64,000 bases of DNA from Aulosira sp. ZfuVER01 (GCA_034530615.2 JAVRCV020000073.1:191027-255026); one strand, 5' to 3'; counted from the first letter of the stretch, positions 8,637 to 20,213 are shown. A program made the numbers and translations. The notes: generated from the letters alone by a model not told the origin.

Positions 8637-11057
8637 ATGTCTGAATTGTTCCAAACAGTTTTAGAGAGTGAAGAGAAGACTGATTTGCGTTCCTTTATTA
8701 GCGAGTTACGCCAGCAAGAAAAGAAATATTTTTTACGTAACGATATCATTAATGTATATAGTGAATATTGTTCCAAGTATCAGAAGCCTGAGAAGTTTGG
8801 TAGTTCTTCTCATTTAGGCAAATTAATTTACTATACTCAGGAAATTATTCAAGAGGACTCTAACCTCTGCTTTATTATTCGTCCGAAGATAGCCAGCCAA
8901 GAAATTTATCTGCTAACAGAAGACTTAAAAGTAGAACAGATGACCGTGCAGGAATTGTTGGATATGCGCGATCGCATAGTCAACAGATTCCATCCCAATG
9001 AAGGTGACTTGCTAGAACTGGACTTTGGCCCGTTTTATGACTACTCGCCAGTAATTCGCGATCCGAAGAATATTGGTAAGGGGGTACAGTTCCTCAACCG
9101 CTATCTATCTAGCAAATTATTGCAAGACGCTAAACAGTGGCTAGAGAGTTTATTCAATTTCTTGCGGTTACATCAATATAATGGTGTGCAGCTACTAATT
9201 AACGATCGCATCAAATCACAACAGCAACTTTCCGAGCAAGTTAAGAAAGCTTTGGCCTTTGTGAGCGATCGCCCCAGTGATGAACCCTATGAGGAATTTC
9301 GCTTTACCCTACAAACAATGGGTTTTGAACCGGGTTGGGGGAACACCGCCCAGCGCACTCAAGAGACTTTGAACATTCTTGACGAATTAATAGATTCTCC
9401 CGATCCCCAAGCCCTAGAAGCCTTCATCTCTCGCATTCCGATGATTTTTAAAATCGTCCTAGTGTCTCCCCACGGGTGGTTTGGACAAGAGGGAGTATTA
9501 GGACGACCCGATACAGGCGGTCAGGTGGTTTACGTCCTCGATCAGGCTAAGTCTCTAGAAAAACAGCTACAAGAAGATGCGATCCTCGCTGGCTTAGAAG
9601 GGCTAAATGTTCAGCCTAAGGTAATTATTCTAAGTCGCCTAATTCCTAATAATGATGGAACTCTTTGTAACCAACGTTTAGAAAAAGTTCACGGTACAGA
9701 AAACGCCTGGATATTACGAGTACCTTTGCGGGAATTCAATCCCAACATGACGCAAAACTGGATTTCCCGGTTTGAATTTTGGCCTTATTTAGAAACCTAT
9801 GCTATCGATGCGGAAAAAGAACTGCGCGCAGAATTCCAAGGACGACCAGACTTAATTGTTGGTAACTATTCTGATGGGAATTTGGTAGCATTTCTACTGG
9901 CACGAAGAATGAAAGTGACCCAGTGTAATATTGCTCATGCCTTAGAAAAATCTAAATATTTGTTCAGTAACTTATACTGGAACGATTTAGAGGATAAATA
10001 TCATTTTTCCTTACAGTTTACCGCTGATTTAATTGCCATGAATGCTGCCAATTTTGTCATTAGCAGCACTTACCAAGAAATTGTGGGAACGCCGGATAGT
10101 GTGGGACAGTATGAATCTTATAAATGCTTCACCATGCCGGATTTGTACCATGTGGTAAATGGGATTGAATTATTTAGTCCTAAATTTAATGTGGTGCCAC
10201 CAGGGGTAAATGAAAATTATTATTTCCCCTATACTCGTAATCAAGACCGAGTAGAGAGCGATCGCCAACGGATTAACGAGATGCTTTTCACGTTGGAAGA
10301 TACCAGTCAAATCTTTGGTAAACTTGATAACCCAGACAAGCGTCCTATTTTCTCAATGGCACGTCTCGATCGGATTAAAAACCTCACTGGTTTAGCAGAA
10401 TGTTTTGGGAAGAATCAAGAATTACAAGAGCATTGTAACTTGATTCTAGTCGCAGGTAAGTTGCGTGTTGAAGAATCAGGCGACAACGAAGAACGAGACG
10501 AAATTGTCAAACTTTACCAAATTATCGAGCAATACAATCTCCACGGTAAGATTCGCTGGCTGGGTGTGCGCCTATCTAAAACTGATTCCGGTGAAATTTA
10601 TCGCGTAATAGCTGACCATCAGGGAATTTTTGTCCAACCTGCCTTATTTGAAGCATTTGGTTTGACAATTTTGGAAGCGATGATTTCAGGGATACCAACT
10701 TTTGCGACACAATTTGGCGGGCCTTTAGAAATTATTCAAGACAAGGTGAATGGGTTTTACATTAATCCCACCAATTTGGAAGAAACAGCCGCTAAAATTT
10801 TAGATTTTGTCACTAAATGCGAACACAATCCTGATTATTGGCAAAAAATTTCTCAGCAAAGTATTGAGCGTGTTTACAGCACATATACTTGGAAAATTCA
10901 CACAACAAAGCTGCTATCTCTAGCACGGATTTACGGTTTTTGGAACTTTTCTTCTAAAGAAAATCGAGAAGATTTGCTGCGCTATATAGAGTCTTTGTTC
11001 TATTTAATTTACAAGCCAAGGGCACAACAACTATTGGAGCAGCATAAGTATCGTTAG
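8637..11057 (+). CDS. susA: Sucrose synthase
   Basis: 806 aa GT-B protein; motifs GRPDTGGQVVYVLDQ, IAHALEKSKY, EAFGLTILE. Confidence 0.95.
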   Translation: MSELFQTVLESEEKTDLRSFISELRQQEKKYFLRNDIINVYSEYCSKYQKPEKFGSSSHLGKLIYYTQEIIQEDSNLCFIIRPKIASQEIYLLTEDLKVEQMTVQELLDMRDRIVNRFHPNEGDLLELDFGPFYDYSPVIRDPKNIGKGVQFLNRYLSSKLLQDAKQWLESLFNFLRLHQYNGVQLLINDRIKSQQQLSEQVKKALAFVSDRPSDEPYEEFRFTLQTMGFEPGWGNTAQRTQETLNILDELIDSPDPQALEAFISRIPMIFKIVLVSPHGWFGQEGVLGRPDTGGQVVYVLDQAKSLEKQLQEDAILAGLEGLNVQPKVIILSRLIPNNDGTLCNQRLEKVHGTENAWILRVPLREFNPNMTQNWISRFEFWPYLETYAIDAEKELRAEFQGRPDLIVGNYSDGNLVAFLLARRMKVTQCNIAHALEKSKYLFSNLYWNDLEDKYHFSLQFTADLIAMNAANFVISSTYQEIVGTPDSVGQYESYKCFTMPDLYHVVNGIELFSPKFNVVPPGVNENYYFPYTRNQDRVESDRQRINEMLFTLEDTSQIFGKLDNPDKRPIFSMARLDRIKNLTGLAECFGKNQELQEHCNLILVAGKLRVEESGDNEERDEIVKLYQIIEQYNLHGKIRWLGVRLSKTDSGEIYRVIADHQGIFVQPALFEAFGLTILEAMISGIPTFATQFGGPLEIIQDKVNGFYINPTNLEETAAKILDFVTKCEHNPDYWQKISQQSIERVYSTYTWKIHTTKLLSLARIYGFWNFSSKENREDLLRYIESLFYLIYKPRAQQLLEQHKYR

Positions 11058-11080
11058 TTAGTCTGTAATTTTGCTGAATC

Positions 11081-11231
11081 TATAGGAATCCGATTTGATT
11101 ACTGAAAAAATTTAAGTATGTGTAGGGTGCGTTATCACGAAGTGTAACGCACCGAATTCTAGACCTTGGTGCGTTGCGCTACGCGACAACACACCCTACG
11201 TGTATTTCAAAAATCAAATATGAATCCTATA
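11081..11231. mobile_element. MITE-like element with about 20-nt imperfect TIRs enclosing a GTAG-type REP-like double hairpin
   Basis: TATAGGAATCCGATTTGATT ... AATCAAATATGAATCCTATA; internal GTAGGGTGCGTT...AACACACCCTAC. Confidence 0.75.
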
Positions 11232-11232
11232 T

Positions 11233-11260
11233 ATCCCTACTTCTTTAAGAAGTCGGGGAT
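11233..11260. repeat. Palindromic hairpin repeat, probable bidirectional terminator (relative at 54830-54861)
   Basis: ATCCCTACTTCTTTAAGAAGTCGGGGAT between convergent genes. Confidence 0.6.
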
Positions 11261-11298
11261 ATGGGTAGCCATTTTTCCACTTGCTGTAGAAGGTTTGA

Positions 11299-12048
11299 CT
11301 AAGATAATTGAATTAACTTTTGAAATCTTTTATCGCTACGTATTTTATTGAAATCTGGATCGGTTTTTGCCAATTTCTGATATCTACCAGGAGCTAGTTT
11401 GACTGCTTTATCCAGGTTGGTAATTGCTAATTCTACATTGCCTTGTAACGCATAAGAGCAAGCTTTATTATAATATGCTTCATGCTTACTGGGCTTAATT
11501 GCGATCGCTGTATCATAGGATTTTAATGCTTCAAGGTAGCGTTGCAGTTTTGTTAGTGCAATGCCTCGGTTAATCCAAGCTGCGTACTTGTTAGGTTTAA
11601 GGGCGATCGCTTTATCGTATGCTGCGATCGCTTCTTTGTAGCGTTGCAAAGCTGTTAAAGCATTGCCGCGATTATACCAAGTTATATCTTTGTCAGGTTT
11701 GATGGTAATTGCTCGATCGTATGATGCGATCGCTTCTTTGTAGCGTTTTAAAGACGTTAAAGCATTACCTCGGTTAATCCAAGCTTCGTCAATTTTTGGG
11801 TTAATTGCGATCACTCGATCGTAGGCTGCGATCGCATCTTGGTAGCGGTGGGCATCTAGCAGGTTATTACCTTGATTCAAAAAATCTTCTGCATTTTGCC
11901 CGGATTGTGCCTTGATTAAAAGCTGGGAAACATTACTTTCCTGTACAACTTGTTTGGTATTTTCTGCCGTTAAATTTGCCCAATCACTACAGCCAACTGT
12001 CGTTAAAGTGATAAAGCTACAGGCAATTAAACAGCGCCGTAAGACCAT
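11299..12048 (-). CDS. TPR-repeat lipoprotein
   Basis: Lipobox TVGC; about five 34-aa repeats (AWINRGNAL...AIASYDRAI). Confidence 0.88.
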   Translation of the reverse strand: MVLRRCLIACSFITLTTVGCSDWANLTAENTKQVVQESNVSQLLIKAQSGQNAEDFLNQGNNLLDAHRYQDAIAAYDRVIAINPKIDEAWINRGNALTSLKRYKEAIASYDRAITIKPDKDITWYNRGNALTALQRYKEAIAAYDKAIALKPNKYAAWINRGIALTKLQRYLEALKSYDTAIAIKPSKHEAYYNKACSYALQGNVELAITNLDKAVKLAPGRYQKLAKTDPDFNKIRSDKRFQKLIQLS

Positions 12049-12604
12049 GCTGTACCTACAGAACTCATAATTATGATGCTAAAACTTGTTTCTCTTAAAA
12101 GATAGTATCAAACTACACTGTTTTTATCAATTTTTTCTTTGTTTTACAAATATATTTTTTGCATAAAGATAACAAGATAATAACATATTATGTGTTACCA
12201 AAATCAATAAATTTGTTGGGAAAACATCGATTTTATCCCTAGATTGATGGTTCTACCTGCGCAACAATCAAATACTAGTCCGATATCCAAGAGATATTAA
12301 AGAGATATTATGTTGCCAGTTTTAAGAGATTCAGCCTTACTAAACTCTGCTCCAAGATCAGAAATTTTTCTCAAAGACAATTGCTGTTGATCGCGAGCAA
12401 AGAGAAATTTAATCGCTCTTGATATCAGAGTGATTGATTAACAAGAGGAAAACTTTCCTCAACTTAAACAAGCTCAACAACTAATGACAAATAACGACCC
12501 TAACGAGTCAATATCCAGCTAATTGCCATATTGCCTGAGCCTACCCTCTAGCAGTTAACATAAAACAGCTGTTTAACTGAGTATGCTGGGGCACAATATA
12601 AAGA

Positions 12605-13957
12605 ATGACGATTGAATCCAACTCCTCCAATTCACCAACCCCAGATCCCATCTCGGAAAATGACTTGCAACCAGATGACTTTGATGATGGAGCAGGTGAG
12701 CATAACTTAACACCAGACGAGCTGGCTACACAACAGGCCTTAGCTGCCATTGCTTCTTTGCAATCTCCACAAAATACAGTAGCTCTCAAACAAGCCCGTT
12801 CTTTCTTCAAGCCACCGACAAGCAATCTATTTACGGTCAAGCCAAGGGCATTGCTAATTACTTTATTAGCGATCGCCATTACCATCATCGGTCTTACCCT
12901 AAACAACTGGCTAATTGGCATTTTTGGCACGATAGTGGCTTTATTGTTGTCTCTGGCAATGCTATTGCCTTGGTTGCAAACTGTAATCCGAGAGTGGTTT
13001 TCACCTCAAGATAGAACAGTGTTCATTGCCTTTGTAGGGCTAGTAGTAGCGATAATCGGCTTGGTGAAATTTTCCGGGTTGGGCGATCGCTTGTTAGCTT
13101 GGGGACGCAAAATTAATTGGGAAGCTTCCGGTACTTTGGCGGAGTGGTTTGGGGCTTTGGGGCAAATTCTCATCGCCATCATCGCTGTTTACGTAGCTTG
13201 GCGACAATACGTGATTTCCAAAGATTTGACAATTCAGCAAAACCTGCTGACAGTTCAACAAAATATCATTACCCAACAGCAAACAATAGATTCTTATTTC
13301 CAAGGTGTCTCAGACTTGGTATTAGATGAAGAAGGACTATTAGAAGATTGGCCCCAAGAAAGGTCGATTGCAGAAGGACGTACAGCGGCCATTTTGAGTA
13401 GTGTCGATGGTAGCGGGAAAGCAAAGATTCTCCGCTTCCTTTCCCGTTCAAAATTACTCACACCCCTCAAACGCGATCGCCGTTTGGGAAGAGCTATTCT
13501 TAACGGTGTTGGTGGTTATGCTGAAGACCGCATTGAAGGTGTGCGTGTCATCGATTTAGGCGTGATGCTAGCTGGTGCAGACTTGGCTGGTACAGATTTG
13601 CGTTGGACTGACCTCAGCGAAGCTAATCTTGTCCGCGCCAATCTTAGTGGTTGTGATTTGGTAAAAGCCAACCTCTCCCGCACCATTCTCTATGATGCCA
13701 AACTCGGCAACGCCGACCTCAATGGAGTTCGTCTATTTTATGGTTCCGTGGAAAAGGCATCACCCCGCAGCCGCACCGCGCCACCAAACTATCAAACAGG
13801 CGAACATACTGGTGCTGTAATCGAAAATGCTGATTTTACCGATGTACAACGTATGTCTGATGCAGCACGTTATTACTGCTGTGCTTGGTGTGGTGAAAAA
13901 GCCAGAGGTACAATTCCTGGTGGCTGTGAAGGTATTCCGAATAAATTGGGACGATAA
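12605..13957 (+). CDS. Membrane protein with pentapeptide repeats
   Basis: Several hydrophobic helices, then ADLAG/TDLRW/ANLVR/ANLSG repeats. Confidence 0.85.
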   Translation: MTIESNSSNSPTPDPISENDLQPDDFDDGAGEHNLTPDELATQQALAAIASLQSPQNTVALKQARSFFKPPTSNLFTVKPRALLITLLAIAITIIGLTLNNWLIGIFGTIVALLLSLAMLLPWLQTVIREWFSPQDRTVFIAFVGLVVAIIGLVKFSGLGDRLLAWGRKINWEASGTLAEWFGALGQILIAIIAVYVAWRQYVISKDLTIQQNLLTVQQNIITQQQTIDSYFQGVSDLVLDEEGLLEDWPQERSIAEGRTAAILSSVDGSGKAKILRFLSRSKLLTPLKRDRRLGRAILNGVGGYAEDRIEGVRVIDLGVMLAGADLAGTDLRWTDLSEANLVRANLSGCDLVKANLSRTILYDAKLGNADLNGVRLFYGSVEKASPRSRTAPPNYQTGEHTGAVIENADFTDVQRMSDAARYYCCAWCGEKARGTIPGGCEGIPNKLGR

Positions 13958-14100
13958 GTCTTCTGTAGTGCTGAATAGAGAGTTCTGAGTAACGAGTAAT
14001 TCAAGATGAAAGAGTTGTTAATGTTGCGGGAATACTGAAGCAAGACCCTGTATTGAAAAATTTATGGGGGTTTGATTTAAAGTCAGTAGCCCAAAGCACA

Positions 14101-14631
14101 ATGAATAAAATAATTCCATTAGATAGTTTTACTGTCTTGACATCTGACACAGCAGATGAAATTCTACAACGGTTGAGACAATGTTTATTCTACCAAGGAA
14201 CGATTTCTGAACAAGGCTTTAAAATTACTCGAAATTACTATCGCGCCGGATTAACACTTATTCAAGGACGTTTTGAAGCACAATCTCATCAAACAGCCGT
14301 TCATATAAAAATGAGCATACACCCTATGTTTATTGCATCTTTAGGGTTCTTGTTTTTGTTTTGGTATGGAATAGCTGTTCCCAACGCTTTTGAATCTGCT
14401 ACATATATTTATGCACAACCACAGCATGTGTCGATATATTCTTCAGATGGAAATGTGGTTTCCAGTGCGATTAAATCTGTTGCTGAAGCTACTAAGGGTA
14501 CTATGCCTACTCATTTAGCTGCAATGTATTTAGGACTTCCTATAGTAATGCTGATGATATTTTGGGTAGCTTTTCGGGCAGATGCAAAACGAATTCGGCG
14601 TGAATTATCTCACATTATTCAAGGTAAATAG
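14101..14631 (+). CDS. Hypothetical membrane protein (two TM helices)
   Basis: ORF track 14053-14631; ATG at 14101 preferred; two hydrophobic segments. Confidence 0.6.
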   Translation: MNKIIPLDSFTVLTSDTADEILQRLRQCLFYQGTISEQGFKITRNYYRAGLTLIQGRFEAQSHQTAVHIKMSIHPMFIASLGFLFLFWYGIAVPNAFESATYIYAQPQHVSIYSSDGNVVSSAIKSVAEATKGTMPTHLAAMYLGLPIVMLMIFWVAFRADAKRIRRELSHIIQGK

Positions 14632-14707
14632 TCCACTAAAAGCACCACTTTCGTGAATAATTTAGTGGTTTATTTGTCCCTTTTAATTACGAATTACGAA
14701 TTACGAA

Positions 14708-15481
14708 TTATTTATCGCCTTCAGCTTGGGTGAGGATTTCCACTCCATCTTCAGTTACAGCTAAGGTATGCTCACATTGAGCCGAAAGTTTGCGATCGCG
14801 CGTTAAAGCAGTCCAACCATCACTGAGAACTTCTACTTCCCAAGTACCTTCGTTAATCATTGGCTCAATTGTAAATACCATCCCCGGACGCAAACGCTTA
14901 CCTTTACCGCGTGTACCATAGTGCGGAATATCTGGTGCCGTATGGAAAACGTTGCTGATCCCATGTCCAACAAAGTCTCGCACCACAGAAAAGCCTTGTG
15001 CTTCAGCATATTCTTGGATCGCCGCACCGATATCGCCAATTCGCGCTCCTGGTTTGACTTCAGCAATCCCTCTGCGCCGACACTCTTCTGTCACCTCTAC
15101 TAGCTTTCTCGCTTTTGGTGAAGGATTACCTACCAAAAATGTCTTGGATGTATCGCCGTGATAACCATCAACTATCAGCGTTACATCAATATTAATGATG
15201 TCACCATCCCTAAGTATCTGCTTGGCATTAGGAATACCGTGACAAATTACCTCGTTCACACTGGTGCAAATCGATTTAGGAAAGCCCTTGTAGCCTAAGG
15301 GTGCGCTTTTTGCTCCATGCGCCTGAGTCCAACGTTCGGCTTCATCATTGATTTGCAGAGTGCTAACCCCTGGCTTCACCATTGGTTCTAGATGCTGTAA
15401 GAGTTGGGCTGCTAATCGTCCCACCTTACGCATTTTCTCTAATTCTCTCTGGGATAAAATAACGATTGTTTCGCTTTTCAT
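14708..15481 (-). CDS. map: Type I methionine aminopeptidase
   Basis: Motifs SICTSVNEVICHGIP, GYHGDTSKTF, FTIEPMIN, SAQCEHT. Confidence 0.96.
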   Translation of the reverse strand: MKSETIVILSQRELEKMRKVGRLAAQLLQHLEPMVKPGVSTLQINDEAERWTQAHGAKSAPLGYKGFPKSICTSVNEVICHGIPNAKQILRDGDIINIDVTLIVDGYHGDTSKTFLVGNPSPKARKLVEVTEECRRRGIAEVKPGARIGDIGAAIQEYAEAQGFSVVRDFVGHGISNVFHTAPDIPHYGTRGKGKRLRPGMVFTIEPMINEGTWEVEVLSDGWTALTRDRKLSAQCEHTLAVTEDGVEILTQAEGDK

Positions 15482-15498
15482 AGACTTTTACTAATGTC

Positions 15499-16503
15499 TT
15501 AAATATCTTTCATAAATATAGTTAAGCCTGTTTCCGCGGCTCTTCTAGCAGCTTCAGCAACTTTCAAGGTATATAAGCTCTCTTCTGGGGTGACATATAA
15601 AGGCGTTCCATCAAAAATACGATCTAACACCATAGTAGTGTCTTTAGCAAATAAACCCCGACGAGTACCCACTTCTATCGGTGTTGTTTCCCCCGCTTGC
15701 ACCAAAAATCCTCGATCGCCATCAAATATCAAGCCGCCTTTTTCTCCATGAACTTCAAACTTACGTTCTTGCTGCCAAAGAGTTTCGCCTTTGCCATAGA
15801 CTACTTGTGCTAGAAGTCCACTATCAAAACACAGTTGAGTCAAACAAAAGCAGGTTTGATAATATTCTGGTTCTATTTGCCAAAATCGCTGATGAGAGTT
15901 AACTGTGAAGACTTCACCGAATAAATCTGTGAGACGATGTAATCGGGAAAGCGCACCCATCAAAGGGAATCCGAACAACTCATGGTTATAAGTCCACTTG
16001 CGGGGTGCAGGATACCTGGGTGAAATTGTGCTATAGCGGACATAAAAAATATCACCAACTTTTTCTATGTGTTGCTTTAAAGCTTGATGCAATCCGCCCA
16101 AGAGTTCAATGTGTTCGACGTGTAGCACTTTATTTTGGGCTTTCGCTAAAGCGATGATTTCCGCTGCTTCTACCACATCTAAAGCCAGGGGATATTCGAC
16201 AATTACGTGTTTACCATGTGTAAGTGCCGCACGAGCGATCGCCCCATGATCTCGATTAATAGTAGAGATGATGACTAAATCTATATCTTCGCGCTCTACT
16301 AGCTGTTGCCAAGAACTCATCGCCTCAGCTTGGTACTCTTGCGCGAAGGCTTGCGTATTTTCTAGTGTATGTCCGACGATCGCCACTAACTGCGATCGCT
16401 CATCTTGTAGCAAGGCCTCACTCCGAAACTTTGCCGCATAACCAGTACCAACCAACCCCACTCGCACTTTTGCTTGTTCTAAAGTTGCCTCGGAATTATA
16501 CAT
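15499..16503 (-). CDS. bvdR: Biliverdin reductase (Gfo/Idh/MocA fold)
   Basis: Motifs VGTGYAA, GKHVIVEYPLAL, LHVEHIELLGG, RRGLF, typical of cyanobacterial BvdR. Confidence 0.85.
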   Translation of the reverse strand: MYNSEATLEQAKVRVGLVGTGYAAKFRSEALLQDERSQLVAIVGHTLENTQAFAQEYQAEAMSSWQQLVEREDIDLVIISTINRDHGAIARAALTHGKHVIVEYPLALDVVEAAEIIALAKAQNKVLHVEHIELLGGLHQALKQHIEKVGDIFYVRYSTISPRYPAPRKWTYNHELFGFPLMGALSRLHRLTDLFGEVFTVNSHQRFWQIEPEYYQTCFCLTQLCFDSGLLAQVVYGKGETLWQQERKFEVHGEKGGLIFDGDRGFLVQAGETTPIEVGTRRGLFAKDTTMVLDRIFDGTPLYVTPEESLYTLKVAEAARRAAETGLTIFMKDI

Positions 16504-17047
16504 GACAGTTACTAGTTCTGTTTGTAGATTTTCTCTGTGGGCAAAGCCAATTGCTTAGACTCTACAGCGCCTGGCTAAAGCTGTAGATGCCACAAGCGAC
16601 ACTTACTACCCTACACTTTGGGTACTCCCAAGGAGTAATGGAATAATTCCGCCCGAACACCACGACGTGCAGAGGTTTTTGATTCATAGCCAGCGCGGAA
16701 ATAAACATACCATACCCTGAGGGTTCGGTGTACTCCAAAAGCAAAACCCCATAGTAGTTGCTACCCGTCTACACAACAGCACAAAAGTCTGAAATCAAGG
16801 TGTTTCATTCACACCTTAATCTTTGAGGAACTTATATATAAGTTTTTCAAATATTAGGCTTGAGAAGCAATTAAATATATAAGAAAAAGTTATTAGTATT
16901 AAATAACTAAATTTCATTACTAATCGCGACCGATTTCGAGTTACATCCTTGAGTTTTTCTCGTAGTATCAGAATTGAAGCAAATTTGAAACAGCGGCTAA
17001 TCCCATAAGAATAGCCGTGGTCTTTGCCTGCCTTTGCTTTAGGATAA

Positions 17048-17383
<336 letters not shown>

Positions 17384-17446
17384 GAATTTAGACACCTCAA
17401 TCATCAAATCTCTTCCAAGAGTTACGTTGGTGTAAAAAACAAAGCA

Positions 17447-17488
17447 GCACAGTTAAGGAGAAAAATTTTCCTTGACTGTGTGTTTTTT
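17447..17488 (+). terminator. Rho-independent terminator of petF
   Basis: GCACAGTTAAGGA/TCCTTGACTGTGT stem followed by a T run. Confidence 0.75.
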
Positions 17489-17525
17489 AAATAGAATTGG
17501 TGTCTTTCTTTAGTAGATTAAGTTT

Positions 17526-17573
17526 CGTAGTAAGGACTTAAGTCCTTGTTTCAGCACTGAAGTGCTTACTACG
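17526..17573. repeat. REP-like palindromic repeat
   Basis: CGTAGTAAGGACTT...AAGTGCTTACTACG. Confidence 0.6.
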
Positions 17574-17605
17574 CACTCAAAAAAGTCTTGATTTTCTATT
17601 TGTCT

Positions 17606-19333
17606 TTACTGAGGCTGAATCTCGTTACTAAGAATTTTAATTTGCGTTCCAGGATAGTAAAATTGCAGAATTTTTGCGCTTGACCAACCTAGCTTCGCTA
17701 AGTTTTGCGCACCTGTTTGACTCAAGCCAACCCCATGTCCGAATCCCCCACCAATAAAGGCGTATCCCCACAGACTTGATTTTCCTTTGTTGAGGGGTTG
17801 GATGTAAAATAGCGTGCTGATGGGAGCAGCAAAGGCGCTACGAACTTCGTCTTTATGTAAAGTAAAGACACCAATATCAGTCTTCACAGCTAGGTCGAGA
17901 ATACGTCCGCTATCAGAACGCTTGACTACAGACATAGCCTGAATAGTTTTAAATTTGCTGTAAGGGCTTTTTTTCACCTGCAAAAATTTCTGCAAACCCT
18001 TAGTAATATCTTCTAAGCTGGTTTCTTTACGCCAACGGAAAAGGTTCCAGTCGCTTTCATTAAATCCTTTTTGTAGGCTGATAAATTTCTGGAAGTTATT
18101 TTCATCGGCTAAATTTTGTTTAGACAAGTCCCAGATATTTATCGAAGCATCGACTACTGGCTTGAGATAGGGACGATCCTCTCCATTCCAGACATCGCTA
18201 AAAGAAGCAGTCACACCGCCAGTTGTAGAAGAATAGAGAGCATCTACTAGCTGGTTTTGATAAGTTAATACCATGCCTTTGGTTGCCGCGATCGCTCGAT
18301 CTGTATTTTGAGCAACGCCATTTAGCCCAAAATAAACTTGGCAGTGAGTATCAGCACATAGTTCGTAATTATCTACAGCAAATCTACGTACATTTCTTAA
18401 AACATAGGTGCGGGCAAGAATAGCCTGAGCTTCTACAGATGCTGTTGGTGCATTCGCACCAATTTCGTTAGGAACAACCCCTCGCAAATATGTTTCTAAT
18501 GGCACTTCATTAACTAAAGTATACGTACCATAAGCATTGGGCTGTAAGTTCATCTGACCGGCATAAAGACGACCACTCTCTGGTTTTGCGGTTTTATTTA
18601 CCCGAATCAAGTTTTTGTCACTGCTGATTTTGACATTATTCCGGCTGTAGCGTTTACCATTGATTACCCAACTGACTCGCGGCAATTTTTGTGAAATTTT
18701 TGTATCCAGATATGCCGTATTCTGGTCAGGAGCTTGTAAGCCTTGCAATAGAAGTCTTCGCAGTAAGGGGGTGTTATAAACATCTCGTTTTGCCCAAACT
18801 TGCCAGCGTTCGGGTTGGGCTATTTCTACCTCTATTCCTTGAGAACGCCACTTTTGGGCACTATCTTCGGCGGTTTCAAAGGTACGGTAAATACCTAAAA
18901 CTAAAACCTCATCAACTGCTGCTTGGGGTAAAGCTTGCATAGCTATTTCTAGCTTGAGGGGGTTTTGGGTAACTAAGGTTTGCTCTCTATTACCTGTTTT
19001 AAATCTCAGCTTTAGGCGATCGCCTTTTGTCGGTTCCAATTGCAGCTTGGCTGTGGGTTTTTCCCCAAATCTTTGGACAATCCCGATTTTTAAGACCACA
19101 TCCTTCGTTTTGCTCTCAGTGCTTGATGCCGCAGTTAGTCCCAACAGACAAAATGCGATCGCTAGAGTACGGGAAAAATTCCAGTACGAAATTTTCTGAG
19201 AAACTTGATTCTGCCCCTGAGTACGGCGTTGGGGCGGATTTGCCAATTGCTTTGTAACGTAGTGGTTTTGTCGCATGAGTGCTCCAATGATACCATCAGC
19301 AGTTTTGCCCCAAAAGTTGCAAAACAAAGTCAT
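17606..19333 (-). CDS. SpoIID/LytB domain lytic transglycosylase-like protein
   Basis: Motifs LVNEVPLETYLRGVVPNEI, AQAILARTY, CQVY, GGGFGHGVGLSQTGA, ILQFYYPG; start uncertain. Confidence 0.88.
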   Translation of the reverse strand: MTLFCNFWGKTADGIIGALMRQNHYVTKQLANPPQRRTQGQNQVSQKISYWNFSRTLAIAFCLLGLTAASSTESKTKDVVLKIGIVQRFGEKPTAKLQLEPTKGDRLKLRFKTGNREQTLVTQNPLKLEIAMQALPQAAVDEVLVLGIYRTFETAEDSAQKWRSQGIEVEIAQPERWQVWAKRDVYNTPLLRRLLLQGLQAPDQNTAYLDTKISQKLPRVSWVINGKRYSRNNVKISSDKNLIRVNKTAKPESGRLYAGQMNLQPNAYGTYTLVNEVPLETYLRGVVPNEIGANAPTASVEAQAILARTYVLRNVRRFAVDNYELCADTHCQVYFGLNGVAQNTDRAIAATKGMVLTYQNQLVDALYSSTTGGVTASFSDVWNGEDRPYLKPVVDASINIWDLSKQNLADENNFQKFISLQKGFNESDWNLFRWRKETSLEDITKGLQKFLQVKKSPYSKFKTIQAMSVVKRSDSGRILDLAVKTDIGVFTLHKDEVRSAFAAPISTLFYIQPLNKGKSSLWGYAFIGGGFGHGVGLSQTGAQNLAKLGWSSAKILQFYYPGTQIKILSNEIQPQ

Positions 19334-19386
19334 AACGAGTATGATTTATGTATGGTCAAAAAAGGGAACTAGTTAGGAAAACCCTT

Positions 19387-19650
19387 ATGGTTAGAATCCA
19401 AGAAATACCACTCAATCAAATTAAGCGACCTTTGCCCCGGACAAACGATCCCAATAAAGTACAAGCTTTAATGGAATCGATTGCGGCGGTCGGGCAGCAA
19501 GAACCGATTGATGTCCTTGAAGTAGAAGGACTGTATTATGGCTTCTCTGGTTGCCATAGATATGAAGCATGTCAACGTCTAGGCAAAGAAACAATCTTAG
19601 CTAGAGTCCGCAAAGCTCCTCGTAGCGTTCTCAAGATGCACCTAGCATGA
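19387..19650 (+). CDS. srxA: Sulfiredoxin
   Basis: Catalytic motif YGFSGCHRYEA, ParB-like fold; ATG at 19387. Confidence 0.9.
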   Translation: MVRIQEIPLNQIKRPLPRTNDPNKVQALMESIAAVGQQEPIDVLEVEGLYYGFSGCHRYEACQRLGKETILARVRKAPRSVLKMHLA

Positions 19651-19719
19651 GTTAATGTCAATAGAAAAAGCAATAAGCCACAACAGACAACGAAATAAAT
19701 AACTGATTAGGAGAAAATT

Positions 19720-20211
19720 ATGCCATCTAAACCAGAAAGTCTACCCCTGAATATCGGTATTGATGACGCCAGTAGAGCTAAAATTGCTGAAGGGTTGTCT
19801 CGGCTGTTGGCTGATACCTATACGCTGTACCTCAAAACTCATAATTTTCATTGGAATGTGACTGGGCCAATGTTCCAAACTTTGCACTTAATGTTCGAGA
19901 CCCAGTATACAGAACTAGCTCTAGCAGTTGATTTGATTGCCGAACGAATTAGAGCGCTTGGTTATCCAGCACCCGGAACCTACAGCGAATTTGTCAAGCT
20001 TAGTTCAATTCCCGAAACTTCCGGAGTTCCTAAAGCTACAGAAATGATTCGCCTGCTAGTAGAAGGGCAAGAAGCCGTAGTCCGAACTGCGCGGTCTGTC
20101 TTTCCTGTCGTAGACGAAGTCAACGACGAACCCACTGCCGACTTGTTGACGCAACGGATGCAGGTACATGAAAAGACTGCTTGGATGCTGAGAAGTTTGC
20201 TGGAAGAATAA
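19720..20211 (+). CDS. dps: Dps mini-ferritin
   Basis: Motifs [33 protein letters not shown]. Confidence 0.93.
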   Translation: MPSKPESLPLNIGIDDASRAKIAEGLSRLLADTYTLYLKTHNFHWNVTGPMFQTLHLMFETQYTELALAVDLIAERIRALGYPAPGTYSEFVKLSSIPETSGVPKATEMIRLLVEGQEAVVRTARSVFPVVDEVNDEPTADLLTQRMQVHEKTAWMLRSLLEE

Positions 20212-20213
20212 AG

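Noticed and set aside
16562..16744. 60-aa ORF or ncRNA between bvdR and petF
   Set aside because: TTG start, no recognisable family, only short hairpins; insufficient support.
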